From positions 248,001 through 312,000 of the forward strand of contig JAYWIR010000038.1 in NCBI GenBank assembly GCA_036172245.1: a DNA stretch of 64,000 nucleotides, read 5' to 3'. Origin of the DNA: Raillietiella orientalis (Eukaryota). Made by a program: the position numbers and the translations under genes. The notes beneath the pieces are model-generated. The model worked only from the letters and a program-made list of their open reading frames with translations, made no database searches and had not been told where the DNA came from. Positions 13,905 through 26,400 of this stretch are shown here, one piece after another. Every line of letters starts with the position of its first letter. The stretch's first letter is position 1.

Positions 13905-14900
13905 GTTGATCACCCGGTTGCCCCGTGGCGCTCAGGGCGCTCGAAGGACCGGCGAGGTCCGTCCGGGCAACAAAACGCGGGGGAGGAAGAGGAAACAAGC
14001 AGAAAGAATGAATAAATAAACATGGAATGAGGAATCCTTTAGCGGGAGGGCGCCTGTTACGCTCGTGAGGGGACTTCCAGGATGCCTGCAGGTTCCTCCC
14101 GCGAAGACGGCGCGAGCAGCTGCTGCAAGGTGCGTCTGGCGGAAGCGCAGCGCGCACGAAGAGACGCCCGAGAATAGCTCGGGTGCTGCCCTCCGAGAGC
14201 CGAAGGGCCGCCGCGACAGCGCGCGTGCCCGCCCGAAGGGACTACGCAGCCACGAACAGGTGCTGCGCTTACCACGGTTCCTATCCGCCGCCACCTGTCC
14301 CCGACGTACGTTGTGCGGGATCCCCCCAGCGCAGGACCGGCGGCGCCGACCCTGGCCGTTTGAAGGGGGGGTCAGTGGGGTGGGACGCATCTCGGCGACC
14401 TTTTCCCCGTCAACCGTGTGAGCTTCCTCTCAAGCATCAGCCCGCCTCGAGCAGGGCAACAACTCGGAAGTTCTTTACTGTGAGGACCCCCTCCAGGTCA
14501 CTGCCGCGAACATGACCGCAGGCTGCAGCAGCGGACTGACGCAGGAGGTCGCGGCCTGTCGGTAACGGAGACGCCCTGAGACTCCGACCCCCTTCTTTCG
14601 ACAACTCCTGCTCGCATCATCTTCGATTGTCAGCCTCTCCCCGACGTCTCTGGGGACTCTGGTCATCCCGCGCAGACGCTTGTCGATGACAGCGAAACGC
14701 GGAACGTCCGGTCCCCTTTGAAAGCAGCCGGAGGAGGGAGGGCGTCTTCCGTCGGCCATTCTGGGGCCTTTGCGTGGACCCACGGCTGGAATGGATCCAC
14801 ATTTGTAGCGGCGGGAAGTTTTCCCTCCTCTATGGAAGCATCCAACACGTCCGTTGCCGGAGCAACCGGGGTTTCGCAGAATATGCGGAGATCTCAGCCG
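13905..14900 (-). mobile_element. L1/Tx1-like 3' fragment (degenerate zf-RVT and 3' UTR)
   Basis: GIPHNVRR...QHLFV resembles zf-RVT. A T-rich UTR follows, carrying ggacctcgccgg and the family end motif ggggcaaccgggtgatcaa. Confidence 0.5.
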
Positions 14901-17229
14901 CACCCTTTGTTACATCAGTTAGCTCTCGGAGTGGGTGCCCTCAGTTTCATTTTTTCATATATATATTTTTTCTCGGAAGGGGGAGAAATGCCTGAGGGAA
15001 CTTGGAATCCCAAGGAGATCGTCGCGATGGAGAAAGAGAAAGGTCTGTCGTCGTTGGCAGCAGCGACCCCTTTCCTCCGGGGAACACTGATGTGGTTCGG
15101 GAGTGCGCACGCCGCTGGGGCGTCTCTCCTTCCGACCCCCGGAATCACACGAAGGCATGCGGGTGTTGCCATGGGCGCGGACCGGGCAGCACGGCGACAG
15201 CCACTTTCCGCGACACTCCATCGCCGAGCCGTTTCTTCGCCTTCTTCCGAAACATTTACGCCCGGAGGAGCAACCGTTGGCGTCATCGCCGTGCTTCACC
15301 CGTGTCCACGGACCACGGGCGACTCGCGTCTTCCCTCAAGTAAGTAGCGAAAACGGAAATAGGAAGGAGGGCGCGCGGTGCAAGAACGGGAGTCCTGGGT
15401 TCCTCTAGTGACGGTGGAGAGCAGCAGCAGGAGGAGCGCGAGGTCCCCGACGGCGCGCGGAGTGTTGCAACGAAGACACAGCCTCGCTGCCATGGCGAGG
15501 CGAGCTTTCTGGGGTGGCGGGAAGGGCGAGTCCCCAGCTCGGAACCTTCACGGCAGCGTGTGCGCAGAAGACGTGCTCGGCAAGTCGAAGCGACCGGAGG
15601 AGGAAGAGGAGAAGGGAGGGAACAGAAAAGGAGGAAGAGAGGAAGAAAAGGAAGGGAGGAAGTGGAGGAAAGGAAGAAGAAAAGAGGAAGAGGAAGGGAA
15701 GAGGAGGAGGAAAGGAGAAGACGGTCCAATCCCCATCAGGGTTTGACGCGTGAAGTTGGGGAACGCTCACTGCCGCCTCCCGGAGGCATCTTCAGGGAGT
15801 AAGTCGCCCTGCTCGCGAAGGGGAGGTCAGGTCGCTGCCTTGCGCGGCTGTCGAGGGTCCCCCTCCGTCCCCTTCCCCTAGCGGCGGCGGTCCCGTCTCC
15901 TCCTGAAGCGGAGTGGCGTCGCCGTCCGCAAAGGCTTGTGGGGCGCGGCGAGTATCTCGAGATGGGATGAGAACGGCCACACCTGAAGGCCCGGTCCATC
16001 GCCGGGAATCGCTAGGCCTCTCCATCATTGAAGCGAGGCGTTCGCTCAGAGCACTCCGGGGGAAGAGAACAGCAAGGATCTATCTGCAGCCTCCGTGCGA
16101 GGGACGTCTGCAGCCCACGGATTTTTAATTTTTTTTTTTCTTCTGCAGAATGAGAGGGTGGGGGGGGACGAGTTCACAAGAATGCACACCTCCCTTTTTT
16201 TCCTTTTTGAGCCACTTGCTAGTCGAGTCAAAAATAGGTCTCAGGATTGGGGGGAAGGAAGGAGAGAGTTGGGCACTCTGGGAAAGCGGAAGAGAAGCCT
16301 CTCTCCCACGTGGTACGCCGCAGCGGACGACTGGCCCTCTGGACGGCGGCGGCGACAACTCGTGCGCCAAGGAAGGAGAGGGGGGAACGCGAAGGCGCCC
16401 TGGAACGGCAGGAAGGAACTCCTGGAGCCGAGTGCGGCTTTCCGGGGACGCTTCCCCGCTCCCGGAGGCGCGGAAGTCCAGCTGTAACTCTCCGCCGTCC
16501 GGAGGGCGGCAGCGCCCGAGCCCCGATGGGAAGTACGGATGCGAGCGGGGGATGGGGGTGGTCCGATCCGGGAGCAGCAGCATCCAAGACAGCGCAGGAA
16601 GAAGATGACGCCTCATGAGAAGGCCGCGTTCTCGCGAGCGAGGGATGTCCCAGGAGGTTGTCCACGGCTGCCGGCTACCCTTCGCCTAGTGTCTGGCCGA
16701 CGGTCGTCCGACCCACCCGGTGACACGGAGCATGTATTCGGGACCGCGTCTTTGCTGTGCTTAATTGCTGCCCCCAGAGCCCACCCCCGAGGGCGCTGGC
16801 GTTCCCTTGACCTCGGCACCCGCGGGAGGCCTTCGACTGTGGTAAAGAGAGCCCTCCGTCCCCAGAGCTGGTAGGCGCGGCGCCAATCCGAGGTCGTCTA
16901 CCGCCACAGCGACGGCGCCGCAGTCGGACCTCCACATCTGTGAGATGTGAGGACGTGGAGGACCCTGGAGTGAGGACGGCCCTTCCTCCAGGGGTTGCCA
17001 GTTGGCCCCTGTCCCGTGCACCCCGGTCGCGAGTGTCTGCGGGAAGCGGTCTCCGTTAAGTCGCTCAGGAACGAATTAACGGCTACCCGGAGACCGCCCG
17101 TGGCGACGAAAGCCCTCAGCTCGTTCTGCAGGCCCGCCTGTTTGCTCGCGAAGGAGCCGCCCGTACTTTCCCAGGGAAAGGGGGCAGGGGCCGAGCTGCG
17201 CCTCCTACTGTGAGAGGGGGGGAAACGCC

Positions 17230-20200
17230 CATTGTGGCGGGCCGCCGGGGGGCGTGTCCCAGAAGTTTCCGCGCCCGGGATGAAAGACTGCCGGAGGGCT
17301 CCCGCGCGGATGGCCGGATGGAAGCGGCTGGAGAGGGAGGCTGCCTTGCGTCGGCCCGCCGAATTTCCGGTTCCGGCCGCTGGGAGCTTTCAAGAAGCTC
17401 CCCCGCTGCTCTTCGATCCGGGGAACTCGGGAGGGGGCTCCCCAGGAATGATGAATGTGTCCGAAGAGCTTCCGGGGACTCCCACCGACGTTTCGGAGGG
17501 GGATCGCCCGTGGCGAGCGAAGGACGAGATTCCCGCCATCGGAGGTGGTGCAGCAGAGCGCCACATCAGCCACCGCAGCGTACCAGGAGGTCGCCAGATC
17601 CAGCAGCAGAAGGGAAGGAGGGGAGAAGCGACAGGAGGGGGCCGACCGAAGGGGACGCCATGATGAGCGGCGACCTCCTGAAGGCCGAGAGGCATCACGG
17701 AAGAGGATGGTCGCCCCTCATTGGTTTCACGCTCGCATAAATCTTTAAAAAAAATTTTGACTATACGATCTTCCAAGGAATGAAAGGTAACGACAATTAG
17801 TTTGCCATTCTCATTTAAAATTTCGGATGCAGCTTTAATGCCCTTTTCAAGTTCTCCCAACTAGCCGGTCGTAAGTACGCCCCCCTCCCTTCTCCCCCGT
17901 GGCTGTGCCTCCTTCTAGCAGTGATCTCCTGGTAGGGGGGGGGAGGGAAGTCAGAGGGGCTTGACAGAGGGCTTCCCCTGTGGCTGGTGCCTCGGGTGGC
18001 GAGGACCTAGGACGAATGCCCTCCTCTTGTGGAGCGTGAGGGACACGGGGATCGTCCACCCGGCTCTCGGTGGATGGGGTGAGAGGTGTGGAGGGTGATC
18101 CCCGTGCGCGACCCCGCGGGGGGGAGGGAACCCTGGAGCGTTCCGTCCGTCGGGAGCGTGCGGTTGCCAGGGCGGCTCTCCGCGTTCGTGCGAGTTTCCG
18201 AGCGCAGGGAGGGCCTGCCGAAGACCCGGACGCCGAGGCGGTCGGGCATAGGACCCGCCCCTGCTCGTGCCAGAGAGGGGAGGATCTGAGCCTCCGGAGG
18301 CATCTGCCTCCGTGACCGGACCTGGTCGGAGCTCGCCCGCTGCTCCCGAGATTCCCCCGAGCGCGCGTGGGCTCCGACCGGGAGGAGAGGGAAGGAGGGA
18401 GGGAAGATTCCTCGAGAGCCTCCCTCCTCTTCTACGCTCCCGGGCGTGGCTGCGAGTTCCTCTCCCTACTGCCCGGGTCGGCAGGAAGAGGAAGTCTCCT
18501 TCCCCGGAACGGCCGGACGCATCCCGGATCGCGGAGGGCAGGACGAAAGGGAAATCCCCGGCCTTTTCGTGGTCGTGCATCCATGGGAAGCGAAGTCTGG
18601 AACGAGGGTGGGCGCGTGGCATCTCCTGCCGGAGGAGGTGCAAAGAGGAGGCTGCAAGAGGATGCCCCATTCGTACGGCGTGTCCGCGGAGTGACCTATC
18701 AGAGTTGGCGTGCCCTCGGTGCCACGCGTTAAGCTGCCTCCCGGTTGGGCCAGGGGGCTTGTCGGGCAGGAAGCGCCGGAACGGAAGCAGCGCTCATGTT
18801 CCCCGGTGGCGCCGTTCATTGCGGAAGGGAACGTGAAGACTTGGGTTCAGGGGAGCACTTCTAGCCATGGAGCCCTGCTCCGCTCCGGACCTACGAAATC
18901 CCACCTAGAACCCCCCCACCCCGCCGCCAACAATCGCGACCTACGGAGGCTGCGTGGTGGAGTTGGCAGGCTACTCCCCGCTCGCTCCTCGGATGATGCC
19001 GACCTCCGCGGTTGCCAACGTCCCGCTGCGCATGCAACCAACGCCCCTTGTGGGATCGGACAAGCGCTCTGCGCGGGGCTCACCGTCCGGTCGCGGTGTC
19101 CCTGGGGACCTAAGGATGGATCGAGGTCAGTCCGCTTCGAGGAGTAAAAATCGCTCTCATTGCCGCATTGGGCGCCCCCGCCCGCTCTGATGAGGCGGAA
19201 ACCTTGGAGCTGACCCGCCGCCATCGAGGGCGCTCTGCGACTCCCGTCCACAGTCGCCTCTGGCTTCGTCCTGGCAAGGCACACTGACGCACTGAGCAGC
19301 CGCTCCTACAAGAGGGCGGAGAGGAGTGAAGATACGAATATGGGACCGAACCGTGGGTGGACATTTGGGTGACCTCCGGCTCGTGGGAGGCGAACCGAGC
19401 AGGTCAAGTCTGCAGGAGCGAGACCCTCCCTCCTTCATTCCATGATCCAGAAGGGACCCCTGCCCGCCTGCTCCGTCGTGCAGGGGCTCTGCGACGAAGG
19501 AGCGTTCCTCCTGATGATGAAGTGGGGGGTTGGCGCGCCTCCTCTGTGGCGAGGGATCGCTGCGGCGCAGAGTCTCCACCCGTAGCAAGGAGTAAACGAA
19601 GGCGCCGCCAGAAGAGGACGCAGCGAGGTTCGAGCTTCGGCCCACCCGTGGGCTGGTGCCCCGACGCTCGCCCTTCTGCTCCTGGATTCCCACTGGAGCG
19701 ATTGGCTGCTCCCATTTTCACTTTCTCCTCCCCCCTGCCCCGGCGTGACCGCGTGAGAACGGCACCCTATCGTGGAAGGAGCCTTGGCGTCAGAAAAGGA
19801 GCCCTCCAGGTTGCGCCCTCATGTCGGTTGGCCGGAGTTCCGCCGGCCCAGCGACGGAAGGGGTGCTACAACTCTCATCCTTTCGGCGAGGGTCGCGGCC
19901 CTTGTCAGTACCTCCAGCGGGCACCTCTTCTCAGGACCTTGAAGGATTGCTTGCAGAAAGACCCCGTCAAGGTGTCGAACGGTGGGTCCTGGTCGTTGGT
20001 TGGCGCGCGCAGCCCGGCATCGGAGCACCTCTTCACACCTACTCTCGAGGGCGCATCTCCCAGGGGAGGTGCACGACCCTGTGGCGCCCTCGGATGGCAA
20101 AACAAAGCGCCCACAGACGCTTCACTTCCCTAGGAGATTCTGCTGAGAGACCTGAGCGTCCCGCATTGCTACGCCACCTGCTTGAAAGTGGGTGAATCGA

Positions 20201-20890
20201 ATTTATGCGATGAGGGACTGATCGACATAGGTCAACCCCGAGCTGCGAGGGGCCAGCCCACGATAGAGAAGGAAAGGAAGTCGTCAGGGACAAGGAGACC
20301 TCATCGGGGATGGAGAGGGGGAGCAGCGAGGGCTCGCGAACAAAGGAAAACGGAATGAACGGAGGTGAGCGCAGGAAGAAGAGGGGGGGGGGGGGAGAAT
20401 GACGACACGAAACTCAGAGCTCGTGCAGCTGAGGGCGTGCACGCGGCACAGCACAGAACACTCCTCCCCTCCCTTCCCTTTTCTTCCTTTGATCATTCCG
20501 GAGGCCGCTTATCGAGGATTCGATCCCGAGACGCTCCCCTTAGTTCCGCCCGAGGCGGAAAACCTGAGGGTGGCTTTCAAGGCCGCTTCCGGAATGGCGG
20601 GACCGCCTCTCGAAGCGGAGGACCTGTCGCGCGGGCGGGTCGTCCATCGGCCGCCACGTGGCCGGGGAGCGGCCCACAACCTGACGAGGGTGGCCGCGAC
20701 GCGACCCCTACTCGCAAGGAGAATAAGTCGCCAGGGAGAGCTCCAGAATTTAGCTCCAGCTCCAGGAAGGAAGGAGCCGATGGCACCTCCCCTTTCCCGT
20801 CCCCTCTTTTTTACTTGCCCTCCCTTCCCCGGTTCCTAGTGACCTGTATGTTTGTTTATTTTTAGATGAGCTTTCCGGCGTCGCCGGGTC
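17230..20890 (+). mobile_element. Degenerate L1/Tx1-like ORF2 through 3' end (longest relic)
   Basis: Motifs appear in order: PWRAKDEIP (linker), GKSEGLDRGLP (KSPG.DG), WVQGSTS (QG..S), ARSSDDA (YADD-like), LSARVAALV. It ends in atgtttgtttattttt...ccggcgtcgccggg. Confidence 0.62.
17720..17863 (-). pseudogene. rsmH: Wolbachia-like rsmH/mraW 16S rRNA methyltransferase C-terminal fragment (nuclear endosymbiont transfer)
   Basis: AT-rich island in GC-rich DNA. It translates [43 protein letters not shown], containing the RsmH signature (S/T)[10 protein letters not shown]. The flanking residues match Wolbachia RsmH as I recall it. Confidence 0.88.
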
Positions 20891-20899
20891 AGGACGCAG

Positions 20900-23085
20900 T
20901 TGGTAACCGGGTAGCAGCGTGGATGCGCGAGACCTCCGGGAGGTACCTGGCGCCGCCGCCGCCGTCCTCGCACGGGAAACCCCGGAGACAACTTCCCCTT
21001 CCGCGAAGCACGCTCCCATGACCACCGCGGCCTCCCTACCCATCCACGGAAGCGCCGGCGGCGGTGGGGATCCTTCGCGCACCGTCGGCACCTGCCCTTC
21101 CGCTCCTTGCGCGCCCGCGTCCCTCAGCCGCCTACCACCCATGGTCCTTGCTGGTGATAGACCGCGCCATCTTCGGCATCGAGCGGGAACATCGAGCAGG
21201 GGAGTGACAGGCGGGCTGCCGCCGAAGAGAAGTCGCAGGGCTGCCACCCCCGTCTGCACCTCAGCCCACGAGAAGCGCACCACCTTCTCCTGGGACCGGT
21301 CTCCTCCTCACGCAGGAGCGTGGGGTGGGGACGGACGCCTGCGCGACTCGCTTTCCGGGCCGAGACCCCGCGAAGGATTGGTTCCCGTGCGAGAAGAGGG
21401 CCACCATGCGCCTTCTGCAACCTCCCTCGGTGCCTCGCTCGCGGGCCGCCCGAGATCGGACGGCGGACCTCCGGACGGAGGGGCGGGCGCACAGACCACG
21501 CCGGTCCCTCCCGCCCCTGGCCGGAAGCGCGGGCGAGGGCGCTGCGTCATCTTTCCGGCTCCTTCGGTCTCCCGCTAGCCGCAGCAGGCGGTAATCGAGG
21601 GATGCGTTAGAATGAGGACCAGAGTTCTGACGGTAGCGTTTCGGGATGCGGCACCTTCCGAAATGCCACCGTCGCTCTCCGACCCGCAGCGACCCATGCG
21701 ACCTTCCCCCACCTCCGAGAGTGGACTGGAGGCTGCGTCCCGCTTTTTCCTTCCGCTTCTGAGACTGTTGCTCCAGCTGCACCCGTGAGAAGTTCGGCGT
21801 AACCTTTCCAGTCGGAAGTGAGCTTGAAGGCAGTCCTTTTGTTTGCCTACCCCCAGGGGGTTTCCAGGACCGCCGCCGGGAAGAGGAGAGTTATCCAGGT
21901 AATGCAGGCATTTGCTGGACGCAGGTGCGCACTCTAAGGCGGAACCGCCGGTGCCTGCCCACCCGGAGTGGGAACTTCGATGTGCGATCAACTCCCCCCC
22001 TCCCCCGTTGCGGTGGCGACCGCCCGGTACCGGGAAGCATTGCTGGTGTGGGCAGCAGGAGTTCCCTCTTTCCTTCCCTTCGTCAAAGAGTTCCTTCCCT
22101 CAAAGAGTTCCCTCCTTCCTTCCCTTCGTCCTTCCAAGAATGTCCTCTCGCACGCACGTAGCGCGCCCCTGGAAGGAGGGGGGTCCGCCCGTCTGAACTT
22201 TGAGCTCAGGAAGCAGCTGCCGCGGTGGGGACCCGGAGAACCGCCGGCCCTTTTCGACCCGGTGCCGGGATCTGGGAGGAAATGGAGCGCTCCCGGGACG
22301 CTATACGAGCGGGGAGATCAGAGCTAAGTGCCAGAGACGAAGCCCTCCGGGGTTGGCATGGCGACATGCCCTCCTCGGTGGAAGGGTAGGAAGCGGGCGC
22401 CCCTGCGCTACATCCCCAGCGAAGGCATCACCCTTCGCAGGCAGGAAGGCGAACCCGGATGTTCCCTCCGGCGGGCGAACCCCGTCCATAATTTTCGGTG
22501 GGAGCCGGGCCTCGCTGGCTTCACGGGTTTCCCCCAGGGCCGCCTGATGCTCGGGCACGGCTCGGAGCCGGGCAGCACGGACATCCCATTGTTGCGGAGG
22601 TCCGGTGGGCAGAGGGCGAGTTGAGTAGCCACCCGCCACGTGTGACTCCCCAGTCGCGCCCCCGAGAAGCGCGCCCTCCGTCGGCGCCGAAGCGATTTCC
22701 GGGGCGGTCGGCTGCGAGCATCAGGGAAGCTCACTGGCAGGATGCAAGTCCAACGCACCACCGACTCTCCCGCATCACCTGGACAGCGGGAAAAGTCCCG
22801 GCGTAGGAGACGACCCCTCAGGAATAGCCCCTACCCTCGGGCACCCCTTAGACTCCCCCCTCTTAGGATGCAACAAAACGCCTTCTTCTTCCTGCACCGC
22901 GGTCTCCGGAGCAACGCCATACGAGGCTCTCCACGAATCCAGAGGCGGGGCGGCGTCCCCACTGCGCACCCGCCGCGTGGGAAAAGAGACCCTATTGCGC
23001 GCGCCGCTGGACTTCCCGGGGCCGCCGCGGAGGAACACGGCATGCGTCGGGTTCATCCGTGTCCCCCCCTGCCGAAAAGCAGCCC
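20900..23085 (-). mobile_element. Rearranged L1/Tx1-like RT/linker fragments
   Basis: Contains both duplicated blocks of the 9729-12174 element, in permuted order. PPVTPLLDV resembles RPI.LLN. Confidence 0.5.
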
Positions 23086-23529
23086 CGAAGGCATCCCACG
23101 CAGGATTCCCCAGTGCCGACAGCCTTCCTGCTGAGGCCGTCGGGACCTTCCAGTGAAGGGACTTTGCCTGAGGTACGAAACGAAGCTTTCGCATCCTTCG
23201 CGTGTTCTTTGTTTCAGGAGGTGCTCGATTCTTCCTCCTAAGAGGAGACCGTTCGCAGGTAGACATGGTACTTCCATGGTAGTTACCTGGTACTTCCAGG
23301 TCGCCGGTTGTACCAGCCGATGCCCTTTGCACCCAGGGGCAAGCGCGGAGGGTCCCCTCGCATCGGCATCTGGCGATCGTTCGTCTTGGAACCCGACGGC
23401 ACCGGAAGTTACGAGAGAGGTCACTGCACTTCAGCGCTCAGCGGGCAGTGGACAAGTCGCGCACGAGGATGCACGCGTGCGAGGCAGGGCTGCGCAGTGG
23501 CGACGCCGCCCGCCGATGACCTCCAGGCG

Positions 23530-24512
23530 ATGCTCCTGCGGAGGCGGGCCCGTCGCTCGCCCCTCGCCCTGATGCTGCTGCTCCGCCGCCGCCGCCACCG
23601 CTTTATCCAGGGCGCCGGGATTTCCGCGTACCCCGAGATCGACGTACTGACCATTGAGTACGGCCGCGCGGAGAGGCTGCTGTGCGACTAAAGGAACCCT
23701 GCGCGGCCCCATGCGCGCGGACGGCTGTCATCAGGAGTGCAACACCTACGTGGAGGTCCGCCTGGCCCTATTCCGAACCCGCCACTCCACCGCCCGGAGG
23801 GACTGTGTCTTCGGCAACGTCACCAGCGGCATCCTGGAGAGGTAGTCCGCTCCCGTTCCTGGGTCCACCGTCCTGAAGATTCCCTCAAGATGCCCTTCAT
23901 CGTCATCCGGCCGTGCTCCTCCTTCACGCTGACCCTGGAGATCCAGCGTAAGACGAGCCAGGAGCTCCACGACGAGGACCCGGTGCTGGAGGTGACGACT
24001 CACTCGGGGGGCATTACGCCCCACGGACAACTAGGCGCAACGTCATCATCGACATCGCCCACCTCATCCGCGTGCGCTGCGACCGCAGCTACTGCAACGC
24101 CGCCTGCGGCTAGTTCTGTCGCCCCGCGGCGGCGAGCAAGGTCACCTCTCCTGCGGCGTGGACGGCGACAGGATCTGCAGCCCGCGGATGAAAGGGCACC
24201 CACTGCGAGACGCCCACCTGCGGCCCCAGGTGCCACGAGGACAACGGCAACCGCAAGTGTCCCGGGGGGGACGTGGGCGTCAGCTGGGCAGGACAGGGAA
24301 GTACTGCGACGAGCGCCTCCCCACCCGGAGTGGGAGAGGCTGTGCCTGCATCCGGGATGCAGGCACAGCCTCTGCCGCGACCCGTGGGAGCGCACTCGCT
24401 GCGCAGTGCGGGGAGGCGAAGATCTGCGAGGAAGATCACCACCAGCCGAGTCCACGAGCCCTGCCCGCTCGAAGGGACGACCCTACGACAACCTGGCCCC
24501 GACCAATGCATG
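23530..24512 (+). pseudogene. Intronless disabled Serrate/Jagged-like (DSL) Notch ligand: N-terminal MNNL/C2, DSL and first EGF repeats
   Basis: Across frameshifts: ECNTYVEVRL...CVFGNVTSGIL...LKMPF...SFTLTLE (MNNL); IRVRCDRSYCNAACG*FCRP..GHLSCGVDGDRICSP.G*KGTHC (DSL); ETPTCGPRCHEDNG..CPG, TGKYCDE, HPGCRHSLCRDPWE, HEPC...NLAPDQ (EGF). Several stops and frameshifts. Confidence 0.85.
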
Positions 24513-24544
24513 AGCAAAGGTCACTCGTGGAAGGCCCGTGAAGG

Positions 24545-25030
24545 ACCGAACCCTGAGAAATGGGTCCTGCCCCCGCACGATGGCACTGGTCGGCCCGCGG
24601 CATTCGGGTGCCGCGGCACTGGAGGGAATCCGGATGCCCCCGTGGACTGACCGGGAACGGAAGTGGACCCTCTGGGATCCTTCCAGGAATCGAGGAGCTT
24701 TTCGGGGTTTTTCCCCTCCGGTTGTGAGAAGCAAGCCCCTACCCCCTTATTTGGGGGGGAGGGACCGTCCATTGCATGAATGGAGCTGGTTGATACCCCT
24801 TCGGGTGTTGCCTCTCCAGAGTGCAAGAAGCGCGTTGTTACCTTCGGGATTCTCTTCAGAGGATGAGGAAACGAGGGGCGGTTCCCTTGCTGGTCTCTAC
24901 GGGAAAGAAATTCCAGGAGCGGATCCTTTCCGGGTTCCCTTTGAAGACTACCAGGGCGAAGATTCGCTTCGGGGTTCCCTGCGGTATCAACCAGGGCGAG
25001 GAGGGTTCCCTCGGGAGAATTTCCGAGCGC
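24545..25030. repeat. Repeat family X, copy 2 (inverted relative to copy 1)
   Basis: tggagctggttgatacccc...cctctcca is the reverse complement of ~900-945. It abuts the truncated end of the DSL pseudogene. Confidence 0.7.
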
Positions 25031-26019
25031 GAGCGACCGCCATTTGCTTTTCCGCACGAGTGGGGAGCGCCTGGACGAAAAGTTCCCCGGCGCCAACCCG
25101 AAAACCAAACATCCGGTTGTTGAACGGCACAGCACGGCTATAACGGGCGGTGGCTTTCCTTCTTCTTTCGCCCGTCTTTCCCCCCGGCCTTCCTCTGCAG
25201 GGAGGAGGGCCGTGCAGGCACTTGGGCCTCCAATCCAGGAATTTATCTGCGTTCCCATTATCCCATTACACACGCGTTCGATTGATTCCGCGCTGGATTT
25301 ACCGAGGACGCTGTCGCCGGCAGTAAAACCGGGTTTGTTTGTTTGCTTTTGGCAACTCTTCAGCAGACCTCTTCTTGAAGTTGACGCACTCGCGAGGAAA
25401 CCCGGCAGCTCCCCTCGCGAGCCGCTCTCGTGCGCGGGACGACGGCTGTTTTCAGACACTCTGTGTAAACACCTGCGAAATTGAGAGGGATCGGGAAATT
25501 CGGTTCCGTCCCGGTGGGGCGCACGGCGCCCGCCTGCCGGCATTGGGCGCGCCCCGCGCGCTGGGGAAGAGGAGGCTGCTGCTGTCCCCGGCGGAGAGTA
25601 CGTCACTGAGAAACCGGCGGGAGGCACCTTCCCTGCTTCCTTGTCCCTCCACCCTCACCCCCTCCCGATCGATTCACCCCGCTCCGCGCATGACCGCAAG
25701 CTCGGGCCGGAGGAGAAGCGGGAACGGTTCTTGGCAGGGACTGCTCCCGACACGAGGTCGGGGGAGGCGCAACGACAGATCGCCCGTGAGTCGTGCGCTC
25801 GCGTGCTGTCTGCTGCGAGCCGGTATCTCCTTCGCACAAGCAGCTTTCGCATCCTGCCCTGCCCTGCCCCACCGGCGCCATTGAAAGCAGCGTCGGCAGC
25901 CGTGAGGCACTGCGGCCTCAGCGCGTGGCGGGTCAGAATCCCGCCCGGGAAGAAGGGTCGGCTCCGAGAATGTGGTGCGTCGTGTGGGTTTCGAGCCCCC
26001 CTGCCCCCCACAAAGTGAC

Positions 26020-26400
26020 ACCGGTTGGCCTCTTAGGATGCGGCGCTGGTGGGAATCCGGAAACCCCCGGATGCCCTGCTGGCAGACTCCCGGGATTGTA
26101 AGTTGACTCTCCGGAGTCCTTCCAGGACAGCAGGGTCCCCATCCGGATGCAAAAAGGGATCCTTATACCCCCTTGGAAAGGGAGGGCGAACCGCCATCTC
26201 GCACCACGGGGCTAGTTAATACCCTCCTCGGGGGTTTTCCTTCGGGGTCCCCCCCCAAGCGTAAAAAAATAGCAGACTCTGTCCTCCGGAGTCTTCCCGG
26301 ATTCACAGGGTGGTCCTTCCGGGTCACCCCCTAATTTGAAAAGTCACACGCACCCTCGGGTGGCGTGGGCAGTGTCGAAGAGCCTCTCGAGCCCCTTTTC
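26020..26400. repeat. Repeat family X, copy 3 (internally deleted)
   Basis: gtcacacgcaccctcggg and agggtggtcc are reverse-complement matches to copies 1 and 4. Confidence 0.65.

Noticed and set aside
12568..14157. 529-aa minus-strand ORF
   Set aside because: Low-complexity R/P/S/A/G composition from high GC. It crosses element boundaries and a 3' UTR, with no coherent domain.
17390..17860. 156-aa ORF as a functional RsmH or fusion protein
   Set aside because: Only the first ~43 residues are RsmH. The start is TTG right after a stop, and the remainder is antisense L1 sequence.
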